A stretch of 64,000 nucleotides of DNA from an uncultured delta proteobacterium (GTDB taxonomy: Bacteria > Desulfobacterota > RBG-13-43-22): contig CAWJJC010000027.1 in the NCBI GenBank assembly GCA_963843145.1, positions 421,829 through 485,828 on the forward strand, read 5' to 3'. Under the pieces are notes generated by a model that saw nothing but the letters and a program-made list of their open reading frames with translations, searched no databases and was not told the origin of the DNA. The translations under genes and the position numbers were made by a program. Shown here piece by piece: positions 47,556-55,860 of the stretch (the stretch's first letter is position 1; each line of letters begins with the position of its first letter).

Positions 47556-48971
47556 ATGACTGAAGAACCTAAGAAAAAAGATAAGGTGCCTCGCCAGAAG
47601 ATGCCCGAACAGGAGCCCAAGGTCCGGGCCAGGAATTTCGAGGAAGTCCCCCTGGGATATTCCCCGGAAACGGCCCAGTTGGAGGCCAGCCGCTGCCTGC
47701 AGTGCAAGAAACCCTCCTGCGTAGAAGGTTGCCCGGTCCAGATCGACATCCCGGGTTTTATCCGGGAAATCAATAAGGGTGATTTTTCCGGGGCCATTAT
47801 GAAACTCTGGGAAAAGACCAGCCTCCCGGCGGTTTGCGGTCGGGTTTGCCCCCAGGAAGCCCAGTGCGAACAGTTGTGCATCCTGGGCAAGAAGGATGAA
47901 CCGGTGGCCATCGGCCGTCTGGAACGCTTTGCCTCGGACTATCAACGGACCAAGGGGGAATTCAAACTGCCCCACAAGGCCGAACCCACCGGCAAAAAGG
48001 TAGCCGTTATCGGGTCCGGTCCCTCCGGACTGACCGTGGCCGGGGACCTGATCCTCAAGGGGCACGACGTGACCATTTATGAGGCCTTTCATAAAGCCGG
48101 CGGGGTCCTGGTGTACGGTATCCCGGAATTCCGGCTGCCCAAGGCCATCGTCGAGGCCGAGGTCAATATACTGGAGAAACTGGGCGGTAAAATAGTTTGC
48201 AACGCCGTCATCGGCCGTACCCAGACTATTGAGGAGCTGATGACCGAGGAGGGGTTTGATGCCGTCTATGTGGGCGTGGGCGCCGGACTGCCGGTCTTCA
48301 TGAACCTCCCCGGCGAAAACCTGATCGGGATTTATTCCGCTAACGAATACCTGACCCGATCGAATCTGATGAAGGCCTACCTCTTTCCCCAATACGATAC
48401 CCCGATTATTTTCGGGAAGAATGTAGTCGTCCTGGGCGCCGGGAATGTGGCCATGGATTCAGCCCGCACGGCCTTGCGTTTGGGGGCCAAGAGCGTTAAG
48501 ATCGTCTATCGTCGTTCCCGAACGGAGATGCCCGCCCGGGGTGAGGAAATCCACCATGCCGAAGAAGAAGGGGTGGAATTGTTCCTGCTCACCAATCCCA
48601 CCAAGTTTTTGGGGGATGACCAGGGCCGAGTGGTGGCTATGGAATGCATCAAGATGGAACTGGGTGAACCGGATGCCTCCGGACGCCGGAGACCGGTCCC
48701 CCTAAAGGGATCGGAGTTTACCCTGGATACCGATCTGGTGGTGATCGCCATCGGAGCGGGCGCCAATCCTCTGATCACGGCCACCACCCCGGGACTGAAG
48801 ACCAACAAGCGCGGCTATATCGTGGCCGACGAGAAAACCGGCAAGACCCTCAAACGCGGGGTCTGGGCCGGCGGCGATATCGTCACCGGATCGGCCACGG
48901 TCATCCTGGCCATGGGGGCTGGACGACTGGCCGCCGACTCCATTCATGAGTATTTGTCCATCGGCTGGTAA
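47556..48971 (+). CDS. nfnB: NfnB/SudA (GltD-like) large subunit
   Basis: EASRCLQC, CGRVCPQEAQCE, GSGPSG, YGIPEFRLPK, GAGNVAMD, GGDIVTG. Confidence 0.93.
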   Translation: MTEEPKKKDKVPRQKMPEQEPKVRARNFEEVPLGYSPETAQLEASRCLQCKKPSCVEGCPVQIDIPGFIREINKGDFSGAIMKLWEKTSLPAVCGRVCPQEAQCEQLCILGKKDEPVAIGRLERFASDYQRTKGEFKLPHKAEPTGKKVAVIGSGPSGLTVAGDLILKGHDVTIYEAFHKAGGVLVYGIPEFRLPKAIVEAEVNILEKLGGKIVCNAVIGRTQTIEELMTEEGFDAVYVGVGAGLPVFMNLPGENLIGIYSANEYLTRSNLMKAYLFPQYDTPIIFGKNVVVLGAGNVAMDSARTALRLGAKSVKIVYRRSRTEMPARGEEIHHAEEEGVELFLLTNPTKFLGDDQGRVVAMECIKMELGEPDASGRRRPVPLKGSEFTLDTDLVVIAIGAGANPLITATTPGLKTNKRGYIVADEKTGKTLKRGVWAGGDIVTGSATVILAMGAGRLAADSIHEYLSIGW

Positions 48972-48979
48972 AGAAAGAA

Positions 48980-49110
48980 GGGCGCAAGGGTCAGGGGGCA
49001 GGGTACACGGTTACAACAGAAAACCTGAGTTTTTTGGTGAATCCGTGTACGGCCATCCCGATCCGATGATCGTTGGGGGTCTTTTCCTAGTGCCTTAACC
49101 CTTGCGCCTC
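48980..49110. repeat. Degenerate inverted heptamer element
   Basis: ggcgcaagggtcagggggcagggtacacgg ... gtgccttaacccttgcgcc. Confidence 0.5.
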
Positions 49111-49123
49111 AGGCCTGTTTTTT

Positions 49124-49909
49124 ATGATCGACGTCCAAAGCCAGAAAGACCACCGCAATATCGAGATCGACAAGGTTGGGGTCAAGAACATCCGCTATCC
49201 CATCACCGTCCGGGACAAGGAAAACGGCACGCAGCAGACGGTGGCCAGCATCAACATGTACGTGAACCTGCCCCATGATCACAAGGGGACCCACATGAGT
49301 CGGTTCATCGAGGTCCTGAGCGAATACCGCCGCCAGATTTCCCTGGAAAACTTCAGCCGGATTTTAGATGAATTGAAGAACCGTCTAAATGCCGAATCGG
49401 CCCACATGGAGATCACCTTCCCCTATTTTATCACCAAAAAGGCCCCGATCAGCGGGTCCGAGGGCCTGATGGAATATGTCTGCACCTTTACCGGTTCGGT
49501 CAACGGGACCAAGGGCCGGGACCTGGCCATCAAACTGCGGATCCCCATTGCCACGGTCTGCCCCTGTTCCAAAGAGATCAGCGAGTACGGGGCCCACAAC
49601 CAGCGGGGCGAAGTCCGGGTCAGCCTGCGTTTCAAAAAATTTCTCTGGATCGAGGATATCATCCGCCTGGTGGAGGAGTCCACCTCCTGCGAAGTTTTCT
49701 CGGTCCTGAAGCGAAATGACGAAAAATTCGTCACCGAAAAGGGCTATGAAAACCCAATGTTTGTGGAGGACGTGGTCCGGGAGATCGCCCTTAAGCTGGA
49801 AGCGGACCCGAATATTACCTGGTTTGCCATCGACTCGGAGAATTTCGAATCCATCCACAATCACAGCGCCTACGCTTATATCGAACGCCAGAAGACGCCG
49901 GGCGCTTAA
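49124..49909 (+). CDS. folE2: GTP cyclohydrolase IB
   Basis: DVQS, KVGVK, KGTHMSRF, TVCPCSKEIS, GAHNQR, NPMFVED, ESIHNH. Confidence 0.95.
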   Translation: MIDVQSQKDHRNIEIDKVGVKNIRYPITVRDKENGTQQTVASINMYVNLPHDHKGTHMSRFIEVLSEYRRQISLENFSRILDELKNRLNAESAHMEITFPYFITKKAPISGSEGLMEYVCTFTGSVNGTKGRDLAIKLRIPIATVCPCSKEISEYGAHNQRGEVRVSLRFKKFLWIEDIIRLVEESTSCEVFSVLKRNDEKFVTEKGYENPMFVEDVVREIALKLEADPNITWFAIDSENFESIHNHSAYAYIERQKTPGA

Positions 49910-49915
49910 CGCCTA

Positions 49916-50012
49916 ACGTGAGGCGTAAAGCGTGAGGCGCAAGGCGTAAGGTGACGGCGCTTCAAAAAACTCTTCCCTCTACGCCTCACCCCTCACGCCT
50001 AACGCCTCACGT
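49916..50012. repeat. Inverted heptamer element (GCGTGAG/GCGTAAG)
   Basis: acgtgaggcgtaaagcgtgaggcgcaaggcgtaag ... tacgcctcacccctcacgcctaacgcctcacgt. Confidence 0.8.
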
Positions 50013-50024
50013 CAAGGAGTATTT

Positions 50025-51308
50025 ATGGATGACTTAAAAAAGATGTACCGGACGGTCATGGCCGATCACTTTCCCTCCACCCTATCCATTTCCTTTGATG
50101 ACCAGACCCTGGTGTACAGGAAAAGGACCTGGAAACTGCCCCAGAAGGACGGGATCCTGGAAGAAAAAGGGCTGCGCTATGGGGAAAACCCGGGCCAGGA
50201 GGCGGCCCTTTATGAGCTGGTCAACGGGAACCTGGTTTTAGGCGCCTGCGCCTTCATTAAACCCGGCTGCGGTCTCGTTTCGGCCATCTCCGAGGCCGAG
50301 ATGATCCAGGAAGGCAAGCATCCGGGGAAGACCAACCTCACCGATGTGGACAACGCCTTAAATATCCTCAAGTTCCTGTTGGAAAAACCCGCCGCCGTGA
50401 TTGTCAAACACAACAATCCCTGCGGCGCGGCCTATGGGACGGCTCTTTCCGAGGCCTACTTCCGGGCCAATCGGGCCGACCGGATCGCCGCCTTTGGCGG
50501 GGCCGCTGTCTTTAACCGCGCCCTGGACAAATCCACCGCCGAATTGATCGCCCGGGATTACCTGGAGGTAGTGGCGGCACCGGATTACGAGGAGGGCGCC
50601 GTCTCCATCTTATCGAGCCGGGGCAACTTGCGCATCCTCCGGGTCCCGCGGATGGACCTCCTGGAAAAGCTCAGGCAGACCCGTTTCGTAGACTTTAAGA
50701 GCCTCCAGGATGGCGGCCTGATTGTTCAGCAGTCTCCCCTCAACGCCATTCAGAAGAAGGCTGATTTTAAGTCGGCGGCTTGCACCTACCAGGGAAAGGA
50801 ATTTCGGATTGAACGGCCGGCCTCCGAAAAAGAGCTGGAAGACATGTATTTCGGCTGGTCGGTCGAACAGGGGGTAACCTCCAATTCAGTCCTTTATATC
50901 AAAGACGAATGCACGGTCGGCATCGGTACCGGCGAACAGGACCGGGTGGGCGTGGCCGAGATAGCGGTCTTCAAGGCCTACACCAAGTATGCCGACTGGA
51001 TCTGTTTTGACGCCTACGGGATCCCCTACAAGGAACTCGAACTGGCCATCGACCAAGGGCGGCGGGACAACCTCGAAAAGGCGGCCATTGACCGGAGAAC
51101 CCAAGAGGACAGGGCCGGACTGCCCGGGGCCGTAATGGTCTCCGATGCCTTTTTCCCCTTCCGGGACGGTGTGGATGTGGGGCTGCGCCAGGGGATCAGC
51201 GGCGTGGTCCAGCCCGGCGGTTCCCTCCGAGATTACGAAGTGATCGAGGCCTGCAACCAGGCCGGGGCCGCCATGGTCTTTACCGGCCAGCGGGCCTTTA
51301 AGCATTAG
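50025..51308 (+). CDS. purH: AICAR transformylase-domain PurH-like protein (no N-terminal IMP cyclohydrolase domain recognised)
   Basis: [43 protein letters not shown]. Confidence 0.85.
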   Translation: MDDLKKMYRTVMADHFPSTLSISFDDQTLVYRKRTWKLPQKDGILEEKGLRYGENPGQEAALYELVNGNLVLGACAFIKPGCGLVSAISEAEMIQEGKHPGKTNLTDVDNALNILKFLLEKPAAVIVKHNNPCGAAYGTALSEAYFRANRADRIAAFGGAAVFNRALDKSTAELIARDYLEVVAAPDYEEGAVSILSSRGNLRILRVPRMDLLEKLRQTRFVDFKSLQDGGLIVQQSPLNAIQKKADFKSAACTYQGKEFRIERPASEKELEDMYFGWSVEQGVTSNSVLYIKDECTVGIGTGEQDRVGVAEIAVFKAYTKYADWICFDAYGIPYKELELAIDQGRRDNLEKAAIDRRTQEDRAGLPGAVMVSDAFFPFRDGVDVGLRQGISGVVQPGGSLRDYEVIEACNQAGAAMVFTGQRAFKH

Positions 51309-51600
51309 CCCGATTTCATCGACCTGTCCCGCGGCGATTAAACCTTTCAGAGCTTCCATCCGATATACCCAATAAAAGGGAAATTTGTGGGCATTCTTTT
51401 TGCGGGACATCGAAAACAGACCCAGGAACTAATCTCCATCTTAATGGAAAGTTGCTTTTATTTTGACTTATCGCCCAAGGATCGGTTGGGCCTGATTCGT
51501 TCGCTTATGGCCAAGATGAGTTATCTGAAGTGACAGCGGGCAATGGGAAGAGGAAACCTTAACTATCTCCCTGTGATCCGCGTATTTTTAAGGTCATCGG

Positions 51601-53109
51601 ATGTCGTTACCGCAAGAACCTACCGTCGAATAGTCTGGTCCAGTGGGTGCAACGTTTGACCAGCCGGGACATGCCGATTTTTGCTCAAACGGCTAAAAAT
51701 ATAGCGGTGGTCTCTTCCCTGAACCAGAGTACTCCCGCCGTGCTGGCCAACGCCATCCTTCAGGATGCCTTAATGACCTCCAGAGTTTTAAAGATGGCCA
51801 ATAGCGCTTTTTATATGGGCGGGCGTCGAAGCCCCTTGGCGGCGGGTACAATAATGTGAATACCGTGACCCGCGCCGTAATGATCTTGGGGTTTGATACC
51901 ATCCGCGCCATCTGCCAGACCAAGGCGGTGGTGGAGAGCCTTCTCCAGGGAACCCCGCGGGAACGCGTAACCCAGATAATGGCCTCTGCTTTTCACGCCG
52001 CCGTCCAAGCCCGCTGGCTGGCCGAAAAAAATCGCGACGAATCGCCGGAGGAAATTTTTATCGCCGCCTTCTTGTACTTGCTGGGGGAAATGGCCTTCTG
52101 GTGCTTTGCCGGGGAGGAACTGACCCAGCAGCTTGAAAAAATTCTGCTCTTGCCGCAGAACAACCGGATTAGGGCCGAGCAGGAACTCCTGGGGTTTTCC
52201 TTTGAACAGCTCACCTTGGCTTTGAGCAAGGATTGGCACTTGAGCCCTTTGCTTTTGGACGCCTTGGATTCTCGCCAGTCAACCAGCCCCCGGATCAAAA
52301 CCATCCTTTGGGGCCAAAAATTGGCCGGGACGGTTCAAAAAGGTTGGCACTCAACCGAGGTAAGGCAGCTTATCGATCAAGCCGCTGTTTCCCTGAATCT
52401 GCCACAGGAAATAGTCGCCCCCCTGGTTCACAAGAACGCCGCGGAAGCCGTACGTACTGCAGTTAGTTTTGGGGCCACCCAGGCCAGCCGACTCATCCCG
52501 CTGCCTCAGGAATCCTCCCCTCCCGAAACCCTGGTCCTCGAAACCGGAGATGAACTTCTCCCGCCGCTCCATCCGGATCCCAATCTGCAGTTGAAAATTC
52601 TTCACGACCTGGCCGGCCTGATGCTGGAGAAGAAGCCGGATTATGGTGTTTTTATTACCCTGGTGCTGGAGGGAATTTTCCGGGCGGTCAGCATGGATCG
52701 GGTTTTTTTCGCCCTGCGCACCCCGGATAGAAGCCGGCTGGAGATTAAATTTCAACTTGGCTGGCACGGGGAGGAACCGACGCTGCCCGCCTCTCTTAAA
52801 CCCATCCCCTTAAGCAACAATATTTTCAGCGAAGTCATGGAGAAGAAAGAACCCCTGTGGATCGGCGAGCATTCCGTGACCGACGTCTATCACCTCATTA
52901 CTGAAGACGTGGTTTCGCTGATCGGTACAACCCCCTTCTTTATTATGCCCATAGTGGCCCATGACAAATCCATCGCGCTGATCTATGCCGACCGCCGAAC
53001 GAGCGGCAGGGCCCTGGATGATGAAAGCTACAACGATTTCAGGCACTTTTGCCAGCAAGCGATCATCGGCCTGACCCTGATCACCCAACCGGGCACGGTC
53101 GTCAATTGA
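51601..53109 (+). pseudogene. HDOD plus GAF-like signalling protein; frameshifts near 51630 and 51850 (possible indel errors)
   Basis: DMPIF...ILQDALMTSRVLKMANSAFY / NTVTRAVMILGF...AAFLYLLGE...LSKDWHL; C-terminal ALIYADR. Confidence 0.75.
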
Positions 53110-53131
53110 AATATATACGGAGAAGACTCAG

Positions 53132-53533
53132 ATGAGAAATTCCATCGTCAGGCTGCTGGTCCTGATTGCGGCCGCCCTTTCGCTTTTCGGATGCGATTCG
53201 GATCCCGGCCTGGTTGAAGTAGAAAAATTTTATAGCGAAAAGATCATGGCCGTCAATGAGGCCGCCAACCAGATGGCGGCCGCAAAAAAAATCGATGAGG
53301 CCATCGCGGCCATGGAAAAGGGTTTTAAGGTGCTTAAAGGAGCCATAGGGCCGGAAGCGGCCCTGCTCAAGAAATATCCTGAAGCTGAAAAAAATCCGGC
53401 CATTAAAAAGTTACAGGATGATTACCTGTCCGCGAGTGATAAATTTTCCAGGGAAGTGGAGTTGCTCCCGAATCGATTCATAGCCGACTCTAAATTATTC
53501 GAAGCCCTGGGAAGGATGAAAAACAAATTCTAA
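53132..53533 (+). CDS. Putative lipoprotein
   Basis: Lipobox LFGC after a hydrophobic signal; GGAG RBS. Confidence 0.75.
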   Translation: MRNSIVRLLVLIAAALSLFGCDSDPGLVEVEKFYSEKIMAVNEAANQMAAAKKIDEAIAAMEKGFKVLKGAIGPEAALLKKYPEAEKNPAIKKLQDDYLSASDKFSREVELLPNRFIADSKLFEALGRMKNKF

Positions 53534-53541
53534 CAAAAGAT

Positions 53542-53611
53542 GAACATCGAACATCGAACGTCCAACATCCAATGAAAAAAAACCTCCGTCAAACATTCGA
53601 TGTTCGATGTT
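53542..53611. repeat. Inverted heptamer element (GAACATC family)
   Basis: gaacatcgaacatcgaacgtccaacatc ... ttcgatgttcgatgtt. Confidence 0.75.
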
Positions 53612-53704
53612 TATTTTAGTATCTAAATAAAAGTTGGTGGTTATTCCAGCTCCCTTGAAATCCCCTTAACTCCCCCCAATAAAAAACGACGGATCCTCAA
53701 ACTA

Positions 53705-54529
53705 TTAAACGGCGTGACAACTGAGGATGATAAAGCCGCCGGATTTCTCGTCCCGCTCCAGTTGCAGGATCCCCTGTGTTTCCGCCTCTTCCAAGAGTTG
53801 ACCGAAAGACCTAAAGCCATAATAGGATTCACTGAACCCGGGTTTGCGACGCTTCAAGGTCTGCTTGATCATGGATCCCCAGATCTTCTCCCCCTCCCCC
53901 CGTTCCTCGACCAGGGCTTCGTAGGTCTTGACCACCAGGTCCCAGGCCTCCCGCTTCTTGTCCCCGGCGGGCTTGACGGCGGCCTTCGCCGCCGGGCCCC
54001 GGGGCGGCTTGCGGGCGGTTGCGCTCCCTCCGGTCTTCGGGCGGGGTACCTGAGGTCGCACTAGGTCGTCGTAGAAGATGAAATCATCGCAATTGGCGAT
54101 CAGCAGGTCCGAAGTCGAATTTTTCACCCCCACCCCAATGACGACTTTATTGTTCTCCCGCAGTTTGCTGACCAGGGGGGAGAAATCCGAATCGCCGCTG
54201 ATGATGACGAAGGTGTCCACGTGCCCTTTCGTGTAACAAAGGTCGAGGGCGTCCACCACCATGCGAATATCGGCGGAGTTCTTGCCGGACTGGCGCACAT
54301 GCGGGATCTCGATCAACTCAAAGGAGGCCTCGTGCATGGCTTTCTTAAATTCTTTGTAGCGCTCCCAGTCGCAGTAGGCCTTTTTGACCACGATATTCCC
54401 TTTGAGCAGGAGCCGTTCGATGACCTGGTCAATGTTGAACTGGGCGTAGTTGGCGTCTCGAACACCCAAGGCGATGTTCTCGAAGTCGCAAAAAAGCGCC
54501 ATGTTTTTGGTTTCCGCCTGGTGAGTCAT
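53705..54529 (-). CDS. NYN (LabA/DUF88) domain protein with C-terminal OST-HTH
   Basis: FCDFENI, KNSADIRMVVDA, ISGDSDFSPL, YYGFRSFGQLLE. Confidence 0.9.
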   Translation of the reverse strand: MTHQAETKNMALFCDFENIALGVRDANYAQFNIDQVIERLLLKGNIVVKKAYCDWERYKEFKKAMHEASFELIEIPHVRQSGKNSADIRMVVDALDLCYTKGHVDTFVIISGDSDFSPLVSKLRENNKVVIGVGVKNSTSDLLIANCDDFIFYDDLVRPQVPRPKTGGSATARKPPRGPAAKAAVKPAGDKKREAWDLVVKTYEALVEERGEGEKIWGSMIKQTLKRRKPGFSESYYGFRSFGQLLEEAETQGILQLERDEKSGGFIILSCHAV

Positions 54530-54568
54530 GGGTCTTGATCCTCCTCTGGATTCATCGATTTTCAGGAT

Positions 54569-54810
54569 TTACTTTCCGGGTAGGGGTTGCCGGCGGACTT
54601 TGAGCATGTGGTTGAAATGATGCTCAACGATAAACCGAGAACAGTTATTTTGAATCGCCCCGCAGGAATTCGTAATCCACGGGTCCGGTGATGCGGATAT
54701 CGCCCCCCTTGAATAAGTCCCGGTAAGGCATCGGAGACAGGGCCTTGATTAAATCGTCGATCGAACGATCCGGAATATTTAGCGTGGCGCGCGCCCGGGA
54801 TGCCGTCCTC
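54569..54810 (-). pseudogene. Eroded vapBC-like toxin-antitoxin relic
   Basis: RATLNIPD (VapB-like N-terminus), DIRITGPVDYEFLRG (PIN middle), then in another frame AIQNNCSRFIVEHHFNHM (PIN C-terminus); RBS but no ATG. Confidence 0.45.
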
Positions 54811-54821
54811 CTACGTATAAA

Positions 54822-54850
54822 ATTGTATGCCACTACTATATACTTGTCAA
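54822..54850 (-). promoter_or_regulatory. Near-consensus sigma70 promoter
   Basis: TTGACA-17-TACAAT followed by AGGAGG. Confidence 0.7.
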
Positions 54851-54946
54851 TGGCGAGAATTAAAGTTAACCTACCTCAATACATTCGCGTTGAAGTCAAG
54901 GATCCCGCAGGGCGAAGAAAGGCTTTTCATTTGATGTGGAGGAATC

Positions 54947-55258
54947 ATGAAAATTAAAGTACGGGATGAAAAGATCACCAAGGCTATCAAAAAATTGGAA
55001 GGGATTGATATCATCCTTGAGACCGCCGAAGATGCCCAAAAAGCCATGCATCTCATTCTCCACAAAACGGCCATATCCCGTACTAAAGATTTTGAAGGCC
55101 TCAAGGATATGGCCATCACTAAAGCCACCGAGCATGCCTCCAGTGCCGTTGAATACCAAACCTATTTCGAGATAGAATTTATCCTCAGCGATGACCGCTT
55201 CATCGAAATGGAGATAGCTTTGATTAAGGAACTTCAGACTTTGTTTGAAACATTATAA
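54947..55258 (+). CDS. Hypothetical protein
   Basis: 103 aa with GGAGG RBS; no recognisable motif. Confidence 0.65.
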   Translation: MKIKVRDEKITKAIKKLEGIDIILETAEDAQKAMHLILHKTAISRTKDFEGLKDMAITKATEHASSAVEYQTYFEIEFILSDDRFIEMEIALIKELQTLFETL

Positions 55259-55389
55259 CTGAAACTCGGGGGATGTTCCAGCGCAGGCCTCAAACGCTGC
55301 CAGCCGGGCATCGGTCGCCTCTCATTGCGGAGCCATTTTCAGGAAGAGATCCGGATGTTCTTCCAGCTATCTGGTTAGGGTTTTGGGCT

Positions 55390-55770
55390 CTACAGATCGT
55401 CGTCAAACCCTCCCGGGCCTCCGCCCTCGCCGCCTGGGCCTTCCCCCCCTTCAGCCCCATCCATGGCCTCATCCACCATCTGATCGAAATCCTCCCCCAT
55501 CTCCTCCCCCATTTCCTTACCCATCTTTTTCATCCAGCGGGCCATGCTTTTGGGGTCGTTTTCGTCCAGTCCGCCCAGTTTAGACGGATCGGCCAGGCTC
55601 TCCATCCGGGCTTCTTCGGACTTGACTACATTGACCCGAGAAACCAGACGGCCTAGATTGGAACCGCCGCACTTCTTGCAGCGCAGTTCAGGCAGCTCCC
55701 GCGTCGGGTTCATGATCAGAAAGGATTGTTTCCGGCGGCAGTCCGCGCATTCGTACTCGTATATGGGCAT
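55390..55770 (-). CDS. FmdB-family zinc-ribbon protein with acidic tail
   Basis: MPIYEYECADC...CKKCGG...RLVS. Confidence 0.85.
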   Translation of the reverse strand: MPIYEYECADCRRKQSFLIMNPTRELPELRCKKCGGSNLGRLVSRVNVVKSEEARMESLADPSKLGGLDENDPKSMARWMKKMGKEMGEEMGEDFDQMVDEAMDGAEGGEGPGGEGGGPGGFDDDL

Positions 55771-55860
55771 GGTGAATCTCCAAAAGGGTTAAATTGCACC
55801 GCAAAGACGCAAAGGTCGCAAAGAATGATTATTTTTTTATTGGACATTGCCGCCTTTTTG

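Noticed and set aside
47556-48971. Glutamate synthase small subunit gltD
   Set aside because: No gltB nearby and directly preceded by nfnA, so NfnB is the better call.
54814-54830. Second copy of the lexA palindrome (gtataaaattgtatg)
   Set aside because: Only one half-site matches, and it coincides with a -10 element.
55259-55389. tRNA-Sec or other ncRNA in the GC-rich spacer
   Set aside because: No cloverleaf, T-loop or UCA anticodon arm; only short repeats and a small hairpin.
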